From: Candidatus Komeilibacteria bacterium
Lineage (GTDB): Bacteria; Patescibacteriota; Patescibacteriia; UBA1558
Assembly: GCA_048538275.1 (NCBI GenBank)
Contig: JBLYPW010000004.1
Location: forward strand, 7,567 to 71,566
Direction of reading: 5' to 3'
DNA: 64,000 nt
The position numbers and the translations under genes were made by a program. The notes under the pieces are model-generated. The model saw only the letters and a program-made list of their open reading frames with translations. It had not been told where the DNA came from and searched no databases. Each line of letters starts with the position of its first letter. Position 1 is the first letter of the stretch. Positions 22,916 to 32,760 of the stretch are shown here, piece after piece.

Positions 22916-25207
22916 ATGGCAAAAAAGTCAAAAGCAAAAAAACGACTAACTGATAATGAAGTCTTATCACCGGAAACTAAAAAAGGCATCGCTATTATAT
23001 TAATATTTTTGGTTTCTCTATTATCTCTACTATCGCTTTTCAATTTAGCTGGTAGTTTTGGTTTATATATAGATCGTTTTTTAGGAATTATATTTGGCTG
23101 GGGCAAATGGCTTTGGCCTATATTATTATTGGCTTGGGGCTATGTCTTGCTAAACCCGGATCGCTACTTATTAAAACCAAGCAATTATCTCGGCCTATTC
23201 TTTGCCACTTTAAGCGGCTCGGGTCTATTGGAATTAATACATGATTTTAATAATATCGCCACCACCTTTAGTGTTAATAAAGGCGGCGGTTACATTGGTT
23301 TTGCTATCAACCACCCCTTACAGCAAGTTATGGGAGGTTTAGCCACCCTTGTAATACTACTAGGATTGTTTTTGATTTCATTATTAGTATCTTTCAATAT
23401 ATCATTGGATGAATTGGGCAATAAAATTAATATTTTTCGTCTGTTTTGGTTAAAAATCAAAACTCTGTCTAGAGAAAAATCTACTACTGGGTATGACGAC
23501 AATTATGAATATGAAGAAGAGGAAGAGGAGGAAGAGGAGGAAGAAGAAGAGGAAGGTGACGATACAGAAGAACAAAAAATAAAACAGAATTATTCTTCTA
23601 ATCAAGAAAAGAAAATTACTAAGCAAATCAAAACACCTGCTTCTGCTAAGCCTCGTCGCAATCCGGTTAAGGTGCCAATTGATTTATTGGACAGCAACGG
23701 CACCAACCCGACTAGTATAGATATAAATGTTAATGCGGATATTATACGCCGTACTTTTGAAAACTTTGGCATAGAGGTAACCATGGAAGAAGTTAATGTT
23801 GGACCGACCGTCACCCAATTTACCCTAAAGCCGGCCGAGGGCGTAAAACTTTCTCACATTACTAATCTGCACAATGATCTAGCGCTGGCATTAGCCGCTC
23901 ACCCCATCCGCATTGAAGCGCCTATCCCTGGCAAATCACTAGTTGGCATTGAAGTGCCCAATCAAAAAATAGCCACCGTAAAGCTGAGAGAAATTATTGA
24001 ATCAGTCGCTTTTAAAAACGGCTCTAGTAAATTGACCGTAGCCTTGGGCAAAAATGTTGCCGGTGATTGCCAAGTGGCCGACATCGCTAAAATGCCTCAT
24101 TGTTTAATTGCTGGCGCCACTGGCAGTGGTAAAAGTGTTTGTATCAATGACTTTATTATTAGTTTGCTTTATCAAAATAGTCCGGACGATTTAAAACTGA
24201 TCATGGTAGATCCTAAGCGAGTAGAGCTGTCTGTCTATAATAATATCCCTCATTTGTTGACGCCGGTTATCACCGAAGTTCCTAAAACGATCAATGCTTT
24301 GCGCTGGGCAGTCAATGAAATGGATGAGCGCTATAAACTATTAGCTAATGTGCACAAACGTAATATAGAAAGCTATAATCAAAGCGTATTAATAAATCAA
24401 TTACCTTATATAGTAATCATAATAGACGAGCTGGCGGATTTAATGGCAGTAGCTGCCCGTGAAGTAGAGGCCGCAATTATTCGTCTAGCGCAAATGGCAA
24501 GAGCTGTGGGCATCCATTTGGTAATAGCGACCCAACGCCCCTCTACCAATGTTATTACCGGTTTGATTAAAGCTAATATTACCACCCGTATTGCTTTTTC
24601 TGTTGCTTCACAGATTGATTCTCGCACTATTATTGATTCTTCTGGTGCCGAAAAACTACTGGGGCGAGGAGACATGCTCTTTACTTCTGCAGAGCTATCT
24701 AAACCTAGGCGTTTACAAGGTGCCTTTATCTCTGATAAAGAAATTAAACGGCTAACAGATTTTTGGAGAAGTCAGGGCGAACCAGAATATAAAGACGAAA
24801 TCATAGAAAGACAAAAAGGAATTAATTTGCCTGGCTCAGCCATGATGGATGATGATGACGATGAATTGTTACCAGACGCCCAAGAGGTAGTACTAAAAGC
24901 AGGAAAAGCTTCTGCCTCCCTATTACAACGTCGCCTGCGCGTTGGTTATGCTAGAGCAGCTCGCTTATTAGACCTTTTGGAAGGTCGCGGAATTATTGGT
25001 CCGTCTGAAGGAGCAAAGCCAAGAGAAATACTGCTCAATCAGGACGATCTGGAAGCCAATCTTGACACTAGAGAATATGAAGATGGGTGGGAAGATGCTG
25101 AAGAAGACAAAACAACCGATGACGAGTATAATGACAATGAAGAGGAGGAGGAAGAAACAGATGATCAGGATGGAGCAGACGAAGAAGAAGACCAGAAACA
25201 AAAATAG
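22916..25207 (+). CDS. ftsK: DNA translocase FtsK/SpoIIIE
   Basis: N-terminal TM segments, a poly-Glu linker, Walker A GATGSGKSVCIN, and a gamma-domain wHTH LLQRRLRVGYARAARLLDLLEGRGIIGP. The ORF is open from a TTG at 22904; the ATG at 22916 is preferred. Confidence 0.9.
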   Translation: MAKKSKAKKRLTDNEVLSPETKKGIAIILIFLVSLLSLLSLFNLAGSFGLYIDRFLGIIFGWGKWLWPILLLAWGYVLLNPDRYLLKPSNYLGLFFATLSGSGLLELIHDFNNIATTFSVNKGGGYIGFAINHPLQQVMGGLATLVILLGLFLISLLVSFNISLDELGNKINIFRLFWLKIKTLSREKSTTGYDDNYEYEEEEEEEEEEEEEEGDDTEEQKIKQNYSSNQEKKITKQIKTPASAKPRRNPVKVPIDLLDSNGTNPTSIDINVNADIIRRTFENFGIEVTMEEVNVGPTVTQFTLKPAEGVKLSHITNLHNDLALALAAHPIRIEAPIPGKSLVGIEVPNQKIATVKLREIIESVAFKNGSSKLTVALGKNVAGDCQVADIAKMPHCLIAGATGSGKSVCINDFIISLLYQNSPDDLKLIMVDPKRVELSVYNNIPHLLTPVITEVPKTINALRWAVNEMDERYKLLANVHKRNIESYNQSVLINQLPYIVIIIDELADLMAVAAREVEAAIIRLAQMARAVGIHLVIATQRPSTNVITGLIKANITTRIAFSVASQIDSRTIIDSSGAEKLLGRGDMLFTSAELSKPRRLQGAFISDKEIKRLTDFWRSQGEPEYKDEIIERQKGINLPGSAMMDDDDDELLPDAQEVVLKAGKASASLLQRRLRVGYARAARLLDLLEGRGIIGPSEGAKPREILLNQDDLEANLDTREYEDGWEDAEEDKTTDDEYNDNEEEEEETDDQDGADEEEDQKQK
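23506..23566 (+). repeat. Purine-rich (GAR)n simple sequence repeat encoding an E16-like acidic tract inside ftsK
   Basis: gaagaagaggaagaggaggaagaggaggaagaagaagaggaagg. Confidence 0.8.
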
Positions 25208-25293
25208 TCTAATATTAGATAAAACCAAAACAAATACTGAAAAAACAGCTATTATTTGCATAATTTTTATCTTTTTGTTTATACTAATTAGAC

Positions 25294-26007
25294 ATGAACA
25301 CATTCACTAAAAAAAGAATAGTATCCCACCAAACGGTACCGGAAACATTGCGCTTGTGTCGACAAAATAAAAACATATCCCTTGAAGGCATAGCGAAACA
25401 ACTCCGCATCCAACCAGAATATCTCCAAGCCCTAGAAGATGGTGCTTATGAAAAATTACCAGGAGAAATTTATGCCAAGCAATGGCTGCGTCAATATGGT
25501 CAATATCTTGATTTAGATATCAAATGGCTTTGTAATCAATATCAACACGAGCGTGGTATGCAAATGCAGTTCCAAGGCTTTACTCACGAAGAAATAAAAA
25601 GTCCTCGTTGGTGGCTATCTTGGCTCAACTACAAGACCTTAAAACTGACCATGATCATTATTGCTGCTTTAGCTTTTAGCGTTTATCTTGGCGCAGAAGT
25701 AAAAGACATCATGCAACCGCCAACTTTAACTATTTATGAACCAATCAATAATATTACCACCACGGATAGAACTATTCGTCTAGCCGGTCAAACCGAAGCG
25801 GAAATTGAAGTTACTATCAATAATGAAACTATATTAGCTAATGAAAACGGCTATTTTGATAAAGAAATTTTTCTCTCCCCAGGGCTAAATGTCCTACAAA
25901 TTATAGCTAGCAAAAAACACGGCGGGCAGCAACATGCCACAATATCCGTATTTAGAGAAACTAGACAAGCAGAGGAGAATGGTGCTACTATATCATATAC
26001 AAAATAA
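25294..26007 (+). CDS. RodZ-like HTH (XRE-type) domain protein with single TM
   Basis: N-terminal HTH LRLCRQNKNISLEGIAKQLRIQPEYLQALEDG followed by a TM segment. Confidence 0.55.
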   Translation: MNTFTKKRIVSHQTVPETLRLCRQNKNISLEGIAKQLRIQPEYLQALEDGAYEKLPGEIYAKQWLRQYGQYLDLDIKWLCNQYQHERGMQMQFQGFTHEEIKSPRWWLSWLNYKTLKLTMIIIAALAFSVYLGAEVKDIMQPPTLTIYEPINNITTTDRTIRLAGQTEAEIEVTINNETILANENGYFDKEIFLSPGLNVLQIIASKKHGGQQHATISVFRETRQAEENGATISYTK

Positions 26008-26043
26008 CTTGCAGGGTCGGCTTAAATATTAAATTATTGTTGT

Positions 26044-27078
26044 ATGTCTAACAAAAAAACAGCTGATAATGATCGCGGCAATGCTGCCCATGCGGCTATT
26101 GATCAAATTAAACAAAAGTTTGGCGATGGTGCTATAATGCGCTTTGGCGAGGCTAAAACTATGACAGTTGATGCCATCCCCACCGGTTGCTTGTCTCTGG
26201 ACATTTCTCTTGGAGTGGGCGGCGTGCCTCGGGGGCGCGTTATAGAAATATATGGCCCAGAGGCTTCTGGTAAAACAACTTTAGCGCAACATATCATTGC
26301 CGAAGTACAAAAAATGGGTGGTACAGCCGCTTTTATTGATGCCGAGCATGCTCTAGATCCAGAATATGCCAAAAAAATTGGCATTGATGTTGATCAACTA
26401 CTTATTTCCCAGCCCGATACCGGCGAACAAGCCTTAGAAATAGCCGAAACATTGGTACGATCCAATGGTATTGATGTGGTTGTTATTGACTCGGTGGCAG
26501 CTCTAGTGCCTAAAGCGGAAATTGAAGGTGAGATGGGTGATTCTCACATGGGCCTCCAAGCTCGTCTAATGAGCCAAGCGCTACGCAAATTAACCGGAAT
26601 TGTCTCTAAAACCAAAACCGCCGTGATCTTTATCAACCAAACCAGAATGAAGATCGGTATTATGTTTGGCAATCCGGAAACCACTACCGGTGGCATGGCA
26701 CTTAAATTTTACTCTTCCGTTAGAATTGAGGTGCGACGCGCCGCACAAATTAAAAAAGCCGACAAGTTTATCGGCAATCGCGTTCGCTGTAAAGTAGTAA
26801 AAAATAAAGTAGCACCACCTTTCCAAAATTGTGAATTTGACATCATGTACAATGAAGGCATTTCCATTGCCGGCGACGTATTAGACCTTGGCGTAGAAAA
26901 AGGTATCATAAAAAAAGCCGGTAATAGCTATAGTTATGGAGAAGAAAAGCTGGGAGTAGGTCGCGAAAATGCCAAAGATTTTCTACGTAATAATAAAAAA
27001 TTATTGGCTAAAATTAAAGAAGATATTTGGACGGAAGTAAAGAAGGAAAAAGCAGAAAATCAAGATAGTAAAAAATAA
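26044..27078 (+). CDS. recA: Recombinase RecA
   Basis: [16 protein letters not shown] Walker A and [14 protein letters not shown] motifs. Confidence 0.97.
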   Translation: MSNKKTADNDRGNAAHAAIDQIKQKFGDGAIMRFGEAKTMTVDAIPTGCLSLDISLGVGGVPRGRVIEIYGPEASGKTTLAQHIIAEVQKMGGTAAFIDAEHALDPEYAKKIGIDVDQLLISQPDTGEQALEIAETLVRSNGIDVVVIDSVAALVPKAEIEGEMGDSHMGLQARLMSQALRKLTGIVSKTKTAVIFINQTRMKIGIMFGNPETTTGGMALKFYSSVRIEVRRAAQIKKADKFIGNRVRCKVVKNKVAPPFQNCEFDIMYNEGISIAGDVLDLGVEKGIIKKAGNSYSYGEEKLGVGRENAKDFLRNNKKLLAKIKEDIWTEVKKEKAENQDSKK

Positions 27079-27097
27079 TATCTCTCTATAAAATTAC

Positions 27098-27133
27098 CAC
27101 CCAGCCCCTGTCAAGGGGCTGGGTTGTTTTTTG
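27098..27133 (+). terminator. Rho-independent terminator CCCAGCCCCT/AGGGGCTGGG plus T-run
   Basis: 10-bp GC-rich stem followed by TTGTTTTTTG. Confidence 0.8.
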
Positions 27134-27210
27134 CCTAATTTTACCGTAAAATAAAGACACGCTTAGTTACAAAAAACACCCGCCTTTATACAATCTTTTT
27201 ATACTAAAAC

Positions 27211-28641
27211 ATGTCGCTGACTAAAAAAGTCGCTTACAATACTATAGTACAATTTGTCGGCAAACTTATAAGCACCGTAATCGGTGTAGCGATTGTAGCT
27301 CTAATAACTCGCCACCTAGGGCAGGTTGGCTATGGTCAATACACCACCGCTTTAGTTTTTGCCCAATTTTTTGCAGTTATTATTGATCTTGGTCTTTACA
27401 TAGTTTTGATCCAAGAAATTTCTGATCCCCAAACCGATACCCGCCGAGCTGTCAGTAATATTTTTACCATCCGACTATTATCAGCCGCCATTGTTTTTGT
27501 AGCTGCTCCTTTAGTCGCCTTGCTTTTTCCTTATGACGCCATAGTCAAACAAAGCATAATCTTGATGTCCATATCATTTTTTTTCTTTACCCTGGCTCAA
27601 GTATTGGTGGCTCTTTACCAAAAACACTTACAAATGGACCGCGTGATTATTGCCGAAGTTTTGGGAAGGCTTGTTTTTTTGCTTAGCATAGTCTTGTTTG
27701 TTGTTTTGCAAAAAGGATTACTTTATATTGTTGCCGGTAATATTATATTCAATATCATTTACTTTATAATAATATTTATCAAAGCGCGCGGTTATACTCA
27801 TTTTGGCATTAGTTTTGACTGGTTATATTGGGGTCGTCTTTGGCACAGACTATGGCCCATAGCCCTAACCTCTCTACTGACGCTAGTATATTTTAGAGCT
27901 GACACCTTGATACTTTCTGTTTATAGACCGGTAGCTGAAGTAGGCATATATGGCGCCACTTATAAAGTTTTAGAAATAATCGGTACCTTTCCTCACATGT
28001 TCCTTGGCTTAATATTACCTATTTTAACTGCCGCTTATGTTGGTAAAAATCTAGAACGCTTTCACCGTGTTTATCAAAAGGTGTTTGATTTTTTTCTGAC
28101 CATAACCATTCCTTTAATTGCTGGTAGTTTATTGTTGGGGGAAAGGGTCATGGTGTTGATTGCCGGTCCAGAATTTTTTGTTTCTGGCGTCGTGCTAAAA
28201 ATTCTCATCTGGGCCACTGCTTTTATATTTTTTGGAAATTTGTTCGGCTATATAATTCTGGCTATTGATAAACAAAAAGCGATGATACCATATTATATAA
28301 TAACAGCCGTATTATCATTAGTATTATACTTTATATTTATACCGCGCTATTCATATTGGGCAGCTGCTTGGTCCACGGTCATCATTGAATTGCTTTATAT
28401 GATATTTGCCCTAATTGTATGTTACCGTTATGCTCAAATACGTCTTTCTTTACGCTTGGGATTTCATATCTTATTAGCAACGTTCGGCATGAGCATAGTG
28501 ATAAAATTATTATTTGCCTGGCCACTGTGGTGGCTGTTATTAGTGGCTATTATTGCTTATTTTGCCATACTTTATATTAGCGGCGGTATTCGTCCTGACA
28601 TTTTGGCAGAGCTTACCAATAAACAATCCGATGCTCAATAA
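27211..28641 (+). CDS. MOP-superfamily polysaccharide/oligosaccharide flippase (Wzx-like)
   Basis: 476 aa, about 12-14 TM. N-terminus KVAYNTIVQFVGKLISTVIGVAIVALITRHLG is typical of the polysaccharide biosynthesis protein family. Confidence 0.65.
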   Translation: MSLTKKVAYNTIVQFVGKLISTVIGVAIVALITRHLGQVGYGQYTTALVFAQFFAVIIDLGLYIVLIQEISDPQTDTRRAVSNIFTIRLLSAAIVFVAAPLVALLFPYDAIVKQSIILMSISFFFFTLAQVLVALYQKHLQMDRVIIAEVLGRLVFLLSIVLFVVLQKGLLYIVAGNIIFNIIYFIIIFIKARGYTHFGISFDWLYWGRLWHRLWPIALTSLLTLVYFRADTLILSVYRPVAEVGIYGATYKVLEIIGTFPHMFLGLILPILTAAYVGKNLERFHRVYQKVFDFFLTITIPLIAGSLLLGERVMVLIAGPEFFVSGVVLKILIWATAFIFFGNLFGYIILAIDKQKAMIPYYIITAVLSLVLYFIFIPRYSYWAAAWSTVIIELLYMIFALIVCYRYAQIRLSLRLGFHILLATFGMSIVIKLLFAWPLWWLLLVAIIAYFAILYISGGIRPDILAELTNKQSDAQ

Positions 28642-30010
28642 TATCCTCATCATCTTATTTTTACTTGGCTATACTTGGTTGATTTGGCGTCAGCCGGTTC
28701 GTGGCGTCTATATAATCACTTTATTATTGCCTACTTATTTGATTCGCTTTGTTTGGCTAAACATCCCTTTCACTTTGCTAGAAATGATGATTGGGTTATT
28801 ATTTATTGTTTGGTTGATAAAGCTTGGCCTCAATCATCAGCTCAATCTGCGCTTTAGTGCTTGGCTTAGCCGTCTATGGAAAAACACTAAATCTGTTAAT
28901 AAAAATTATAATTTAATTCCACCGCTTTTACGCTGGCCCATCATTGCCGTGCTAGCCACCAGCCTAATCGCTTGGCTTGTTTCGCCCAATTGGCTAGGGG
29001 CGGCTGGCATTTGGAAAGCTTATTTTTTTGAACCGGTTTTATTCTTTATACTATTTGTTTATTTGATAAGAAAAAATTCACAATTAAAAAACATAATAAA
29101 CGCCTTAGCTATTTTAAGTTTTGTTATATTCATATACGCCCTCATCCAAAAAACTACTGGTTGGAATATTAATAATCTAGAATGGTTATTGCCAGCCACC
29201 AGACGAGTAACAACGTTTTTTGGTTATCCCAATGCCAATGGACTGCTCCTGGCACCGCTAGTAATAATTTTTCTAGCCAGTCTTTGGTTGCCTGATCGTC
29301 TTGTCGGTAAAATATTACGTGCTGTGGCTTTGATTGGAGCGTGGCTAACAATGTTTTGGGCTAACAGCGAAGGCGCTCTAATTGGCGCCGCTCTGGGCAG
29401 CATAACGGTATTATTATTATTCAAAAATACTCGCTTTATTGCCACCGTGTTTATTGGTCTGGCAATCGTTGGCCTGGTTCTTCACCCTTCTACCAAAGAA
29501 GCAGTGTGGCAAAAAATAACCTTGCAAGACTTTTCTGGACAAATTCGCCAAGCACAATGGACGGAAAGCCTGAGCATGCTGCGCGATAACCCGTGGCGCG
29601 GTGGTGGACTGGCGAATTATCAAAATGCCCTCATCCCTTATCACCGCTCTGGCCTGACTATCAATGGCCAATGGCAACCAATAGAAATATTTTTATACCC
29701 CCATAATATTCTGCTAAATTTCTGGACAGAGCTTGGTCTATTGGGCCTCTTAGCCATTATTTGGCTGGGCCTAGCCGGTTGCGTTCTTTTACTTAGACTA
29801 TTTATAATTCTACCCAAACTACCAAAGTATAAACAAACTGATAGTCGTCCTTGGGCTATTGGCTTGACCGGCATAGCGGTTGCGATTATAATACACGGCC
29901 TGGTTGATGTGCCTTATTTTAAGAATGATTTAAGTGTTTTAGCCTGGCTTTTCCTGGGAATAATAGTGGTGGTTTATAATTATTCCTTAGAAAAAAACAT
30001 ATCAAATTAA
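28631..30010 (+). CDS. O-antigen ligase / Wzy_C family membrane protein
   Basis: Polytopic. Wzy_C-type periplasmic loop region (PHNILLNFWTELGLLGL). The ORF is open from 28553; the ATG at 28631 overlaps the upstream stop by 11 nt. Confidence 0.65.
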   Translation: MLNNILIILFLLGYTWLIWRQPVRGVYIITLLLPTYLIRFVWLNIPFTLLEMMIGLLFIVWLIKLGLNHQLNLRFSAWLSRLWKNTKSVNKNYNLIPPLLRWPIIAVLATSLIAWLVSPNWLGAAGIWKAYFFEPVLFFILFVYLIRKNSQLKNIINALAILSFVIFIYALIQKTTGWNINNLEWLLPATRRVTTFFGYPNANGLLLAPLVIIFLASLWLPDRLVGKILRAVALIGAWLTMFWANSEGALIGAALGSITVLLLFKNTRFIATVFIGLAIVGLVLHPSTKEAVWQKITLQDFSGQIRQAQWTESLSMLRDNPWRGGGLANYQNALIPYHRSGLTINGQWQPIEIFLYPHNILLNFWTELGLLGLLAIIWLGLAGCVLLLRLFIILPKLPKYKQTDSRPWAIGLTGIAVAIIIHGLVDVPYFKNDLSVLAWLFLGIIVVVYNYSLEKNISN

Positions 30011-30019
30011 TAGTGCCTT

Positions 30020-30109
30020 GGAGGCGTGGCAGAGTGGTTGAATGCGCTGCTCTCGAAAAGCAGTGGACCTTTACCGGTCTCGGAGGTTCGAATCCTCCCG
30101 CCTCCGCCA
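30020..30109 (+). tRNA. tRNA-Ser (anticodon CGA), class II long variable arm, encoded CCA
   Basis: Hand-folded cloverleaf: acceptor GGAGGCG/CGCCTCC, D GCA/TGC, anticodon stem CTGCT/AGCAG with loop CTCGAAA, T-arm GGAGG TTCGAAT CCTCC. Confidence 0.9.
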
Positions 30110-30227
30110 AGTTTCACTTTTTGTGAAATCATAAGATGTTGCCTCGGCGCCCGCCTCCGCTAATGCTTCGGCGGCAACCTCACAGAAAAACCATTCCAAC
30201 AGATTTTATTTTTTTAAGCCCTTTACC

Positions 30228-30563
30228 ATGGAACAATTGCCAAATAGTCTTGAAACAAATACAGCGGAAAAAAGATTACATGAAATCTTATCAAATAGAC
30301 AAATTTTAACTGTAAAAGTTTCAAAAGATAAAAATGGATATGGCGACATTGACATTGCAATAGACGACTCAATACAACATGCAGATACGATGGTTGATAA
30401 CTATGAAAAAGGATTTGATGTTTCCTCCGGCAAGTGTGGCATAGAGGGACTAATAAAGGCCTTGCACATTATAGATTCTCTAGACCCTAAAGATTTTGGT
30501 GGTATATTGTTCATACAACCCTCTGATGAGAAAAAGAAGCGCGCATATAGGAAGCTTTTGTAG
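30228..30563 (+). CDS. Hypothetical protein (111 aa)
   Basis: ORF only. Lies in an AT-rich block next to a tRNA. Confidence 0.35.
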   Translation: MEQLPNSLETNTAEKRLHEILSNRQILTVKVSKDKNGYGDIDIAIDDSIQHADTMVDNYEKGFDVSSGKCGIEGLIKALHIIDSLDPKDFGGILFIQPSDEKKKRAYRKLL

Positions 30564-30970
30564 CATGGCTTTATTTGGAACCCTGATAATGAATGTTACG
30601 AAAAACATACTAAAAAACAAAAAAATACCTAATAACAGTTTATTTATTAAAATATTTTTATTATAAATTTAACAAAATTTCTCCCGACACCTCTGATTTA
30701 AAAGCCTTTATATTTTTTGGCTATGATTGTACCGGCCTAGATGGCGTAGTTTTTTTTAACCGACGCGACAGCCGTCCAATATAAACCGGTCGCTTATGCT
30801 ATTTTGAGTTCCAAAAAAGCAGAAAATGTAAAAAATAATATTTATATCGCATTGCCAGAAAACATTAAAATAATTGCTAAATAGCATAAAGATAAAGGAA
30901 GAACAAGAAACAAACCCCAAAAATATATAAAGGGGCATAGTAGATAAAAAAATAATAAAATTAATTAATT

Positions 30971-31780
30971 ATGATCCTTGAACATTCTTCAAAAAATAAA
31001 AAAGCTTTATTGCTCATATCCATTATTATTTTGGCACTAGGTGTTTTTCTGGTTTTCTATTCACCCATAATCTTTCAAGAGGGTAATCCTTGGCCACAAA
31101 TAAAAGGAATATTGAAGTTAAATTTTAGTAATAACGAGGTTGTAAAATTAAATATTGGAGAAAATAAATATATTACCAAAGGCAATAATCCAGAAATAAT
31201 CAAATCTTTTATGAAAGGTAGGGGCTACGATTTTACGGAGCAAATGGGAGCTGGTTATCTTTTCAAAACAGACAGTGGGGCAAGTGCCGTTGCTACTCAT
31301 AGATATTACAGTCGTTTTTATTCACTGTGGACCATTACTGAAGAAAATAATGCCCCTAATAACAATCTGTGGACTACAACTACTAATGACCAAGGTATTA
31401 CATTCCAATATCCTGACCTAATCACCCAATACATCCGTGCCGTGGCTTGGCCGCCGGCCATCACTTTCAGCAATGCCACTTTTAACTGCGAAATAACCGA
31501 TCCAACCAGCAGCCAAGCAAATAGGACAATGTTGCGCCAAGTTGATAATAGAAGTTATTGCCTGCAGGCTATGAGTGAAGGCGCGGCTGGCAGCACTTAT
31601 ACAGAATATATTTATACTACAGAAGTAAATAATAAACTGATAACTGCAAGATTCACCTTGCGCTTTCCACAATGTCTAAATTATGACGATCCCCAAAAAA
31701 CCGCCTGCCAACAAGAGAGAGAAGCCTTTGACCTGGATCAGGTAGTGGATAAAATTGTCTTATCCATTCATACAAACTAG
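30971..31780 (+). CDS. Hypothetical N-terminally anchored extracellular protein (269 aa)
   Basis: N-terminal TM LLLISIIILALGVFLVFY followed by an Asn/Thr-rich and Cys-containing ectodomain. Confidence 0.45.
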   Translation: MILEHSSKNKKALLLISIIILALGVFLVFYSPIIFQEGNPWPQIKGILKLNFSNNEVVKLNIGENKYITKGNNPEIIKSFMKGRGYDFTEQMGAGYLFKTDSGASAVATHRYYSRFYSLWTITEENNAPNNNLWTTTTNDQGITFQYPDLITQYIRAVAWPPAITFSNATFNCEITDPTSSQANRTMLRQVDNRSYCLQAMSEGAAGSTYTEYIYTTEVNNKLITARFTLRFPQCLNYDDPQKTACQQEREAFDLDQVVDKIVLSIHTN

Positions 31781-31887
31781 CCAAATTTCATAAATAACAA
31801 CCCTTGAGATAAAACCTTGTTCTTAAATTAAGAAAAAGGTTTTTTCTTTGTCAAAATCTTAAAAAAATTGTATAATTTTATTAGTTT

Positions 31888-32760
31888 ATGAAAAAAATTA
31901 CCAAAGCAATTATACCGGTAGCCGGTCTAGGTACTCGCTTTCTACCCGCTACCAAGGCTCAGCCCAAAGAAATGCTCACCTTGGTGGATAAACCACTCAT
32001 TCAATATATCGTTGAAGAGGCGGTAGCGGCTGGCATTGAACAGATTATTTTTGTCACTTCACAGACCAAGCGGGCTATTGAAGATCACTTTGATCGCAAT
32101 TTTGAGCTAGAATACCGCTTGCGACAAAAAAATAAAAAAGACGCATTAAAGGATATTACAAAAATTTCTGATCTAGCAGAATTTATATACATTCGTCAAA
32201 AAACACCTCGTGGCTTAGGTCACGCCATTCACTGTGCTAGCCCTTTAATCAATGATGAACCATTTGCTGTATTCTTAGGTGATGATATTATCGCAGCGCC
32301 GCAACCGGCCATCGCCCAATTGATAGAAACTTATAATAAATATGAAGACGTGGTGCTGGGTGCTGTTGAAGTAGCAAAGGATAAGGTGTCGCGCTACGGT
32401 ATTATCGCCGGCACTAAAATAGATAACAATGTTACAGAGGTTACAAATTTAATCGAAAAACCGACAGTCAAAGAAGCTCCTTCTAACTTAGCTATCATTG
32501 GTCGCTATATCTTGCGTCCGGAAATTATGACCATACTACAAGACACCAAGCCCGGCAAAGGAAATGAAATTCAATTAACCGATGCCTTGCAAACCCTAAA
32601 CAAATCACGCGCTATGTATGCTCGAAAAATAACCGGCCAGTATTTTGACTGCGGCAGCAAGCTGGGGTTTTTACAAGCCACCGTACACTACGGACTAGAA
32701 CACAGCAATCATAAAAAAGATTTTTTCCAATATCTAAAAACTATTATCAACAATAAATAG
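31888..32760 (+). CDS. galU: UTP--glucose-1-phosphate uridylyltransferase
   Basis: AIIPVAGLGTRFLPATKAQPKEMLTLVDKPLIQYIVEEA. Confidence 0.9.
   Translation: MKKITKAIIPVAGLGTRFLPATKAQPKEMLTLVDKPLIQYIVEEAVAAGIEQIIFVTSQTKRAIEDHFDRNFELEYRLRQKNKKDALKDITKISDLAEFIYIRQKTPRGLGHAIHCASPLINDEPFAVFLGDDIIAAPQPAIAQLIETYNKYEDVVLGAVEVAKDKVSRYGIIAGTKIDNNVTEVTNLIEKPTVKEAPSNLAIIGRYILRPEIMTILQDTKPGKGNEIQLTDALQTLNKSRAMYARKITGQYFDCGSKLGFLQATVHYGLEHSNHKKDFFQYLKTIINNK

Noticed and set aside
29919-30110. 63-aa minus-strand ORF
   Set aside because: It lies exactly over tRNA-Ser(CGA) and the 3' end of the Wzy_C gene, so it is an ORF-finder artefact.
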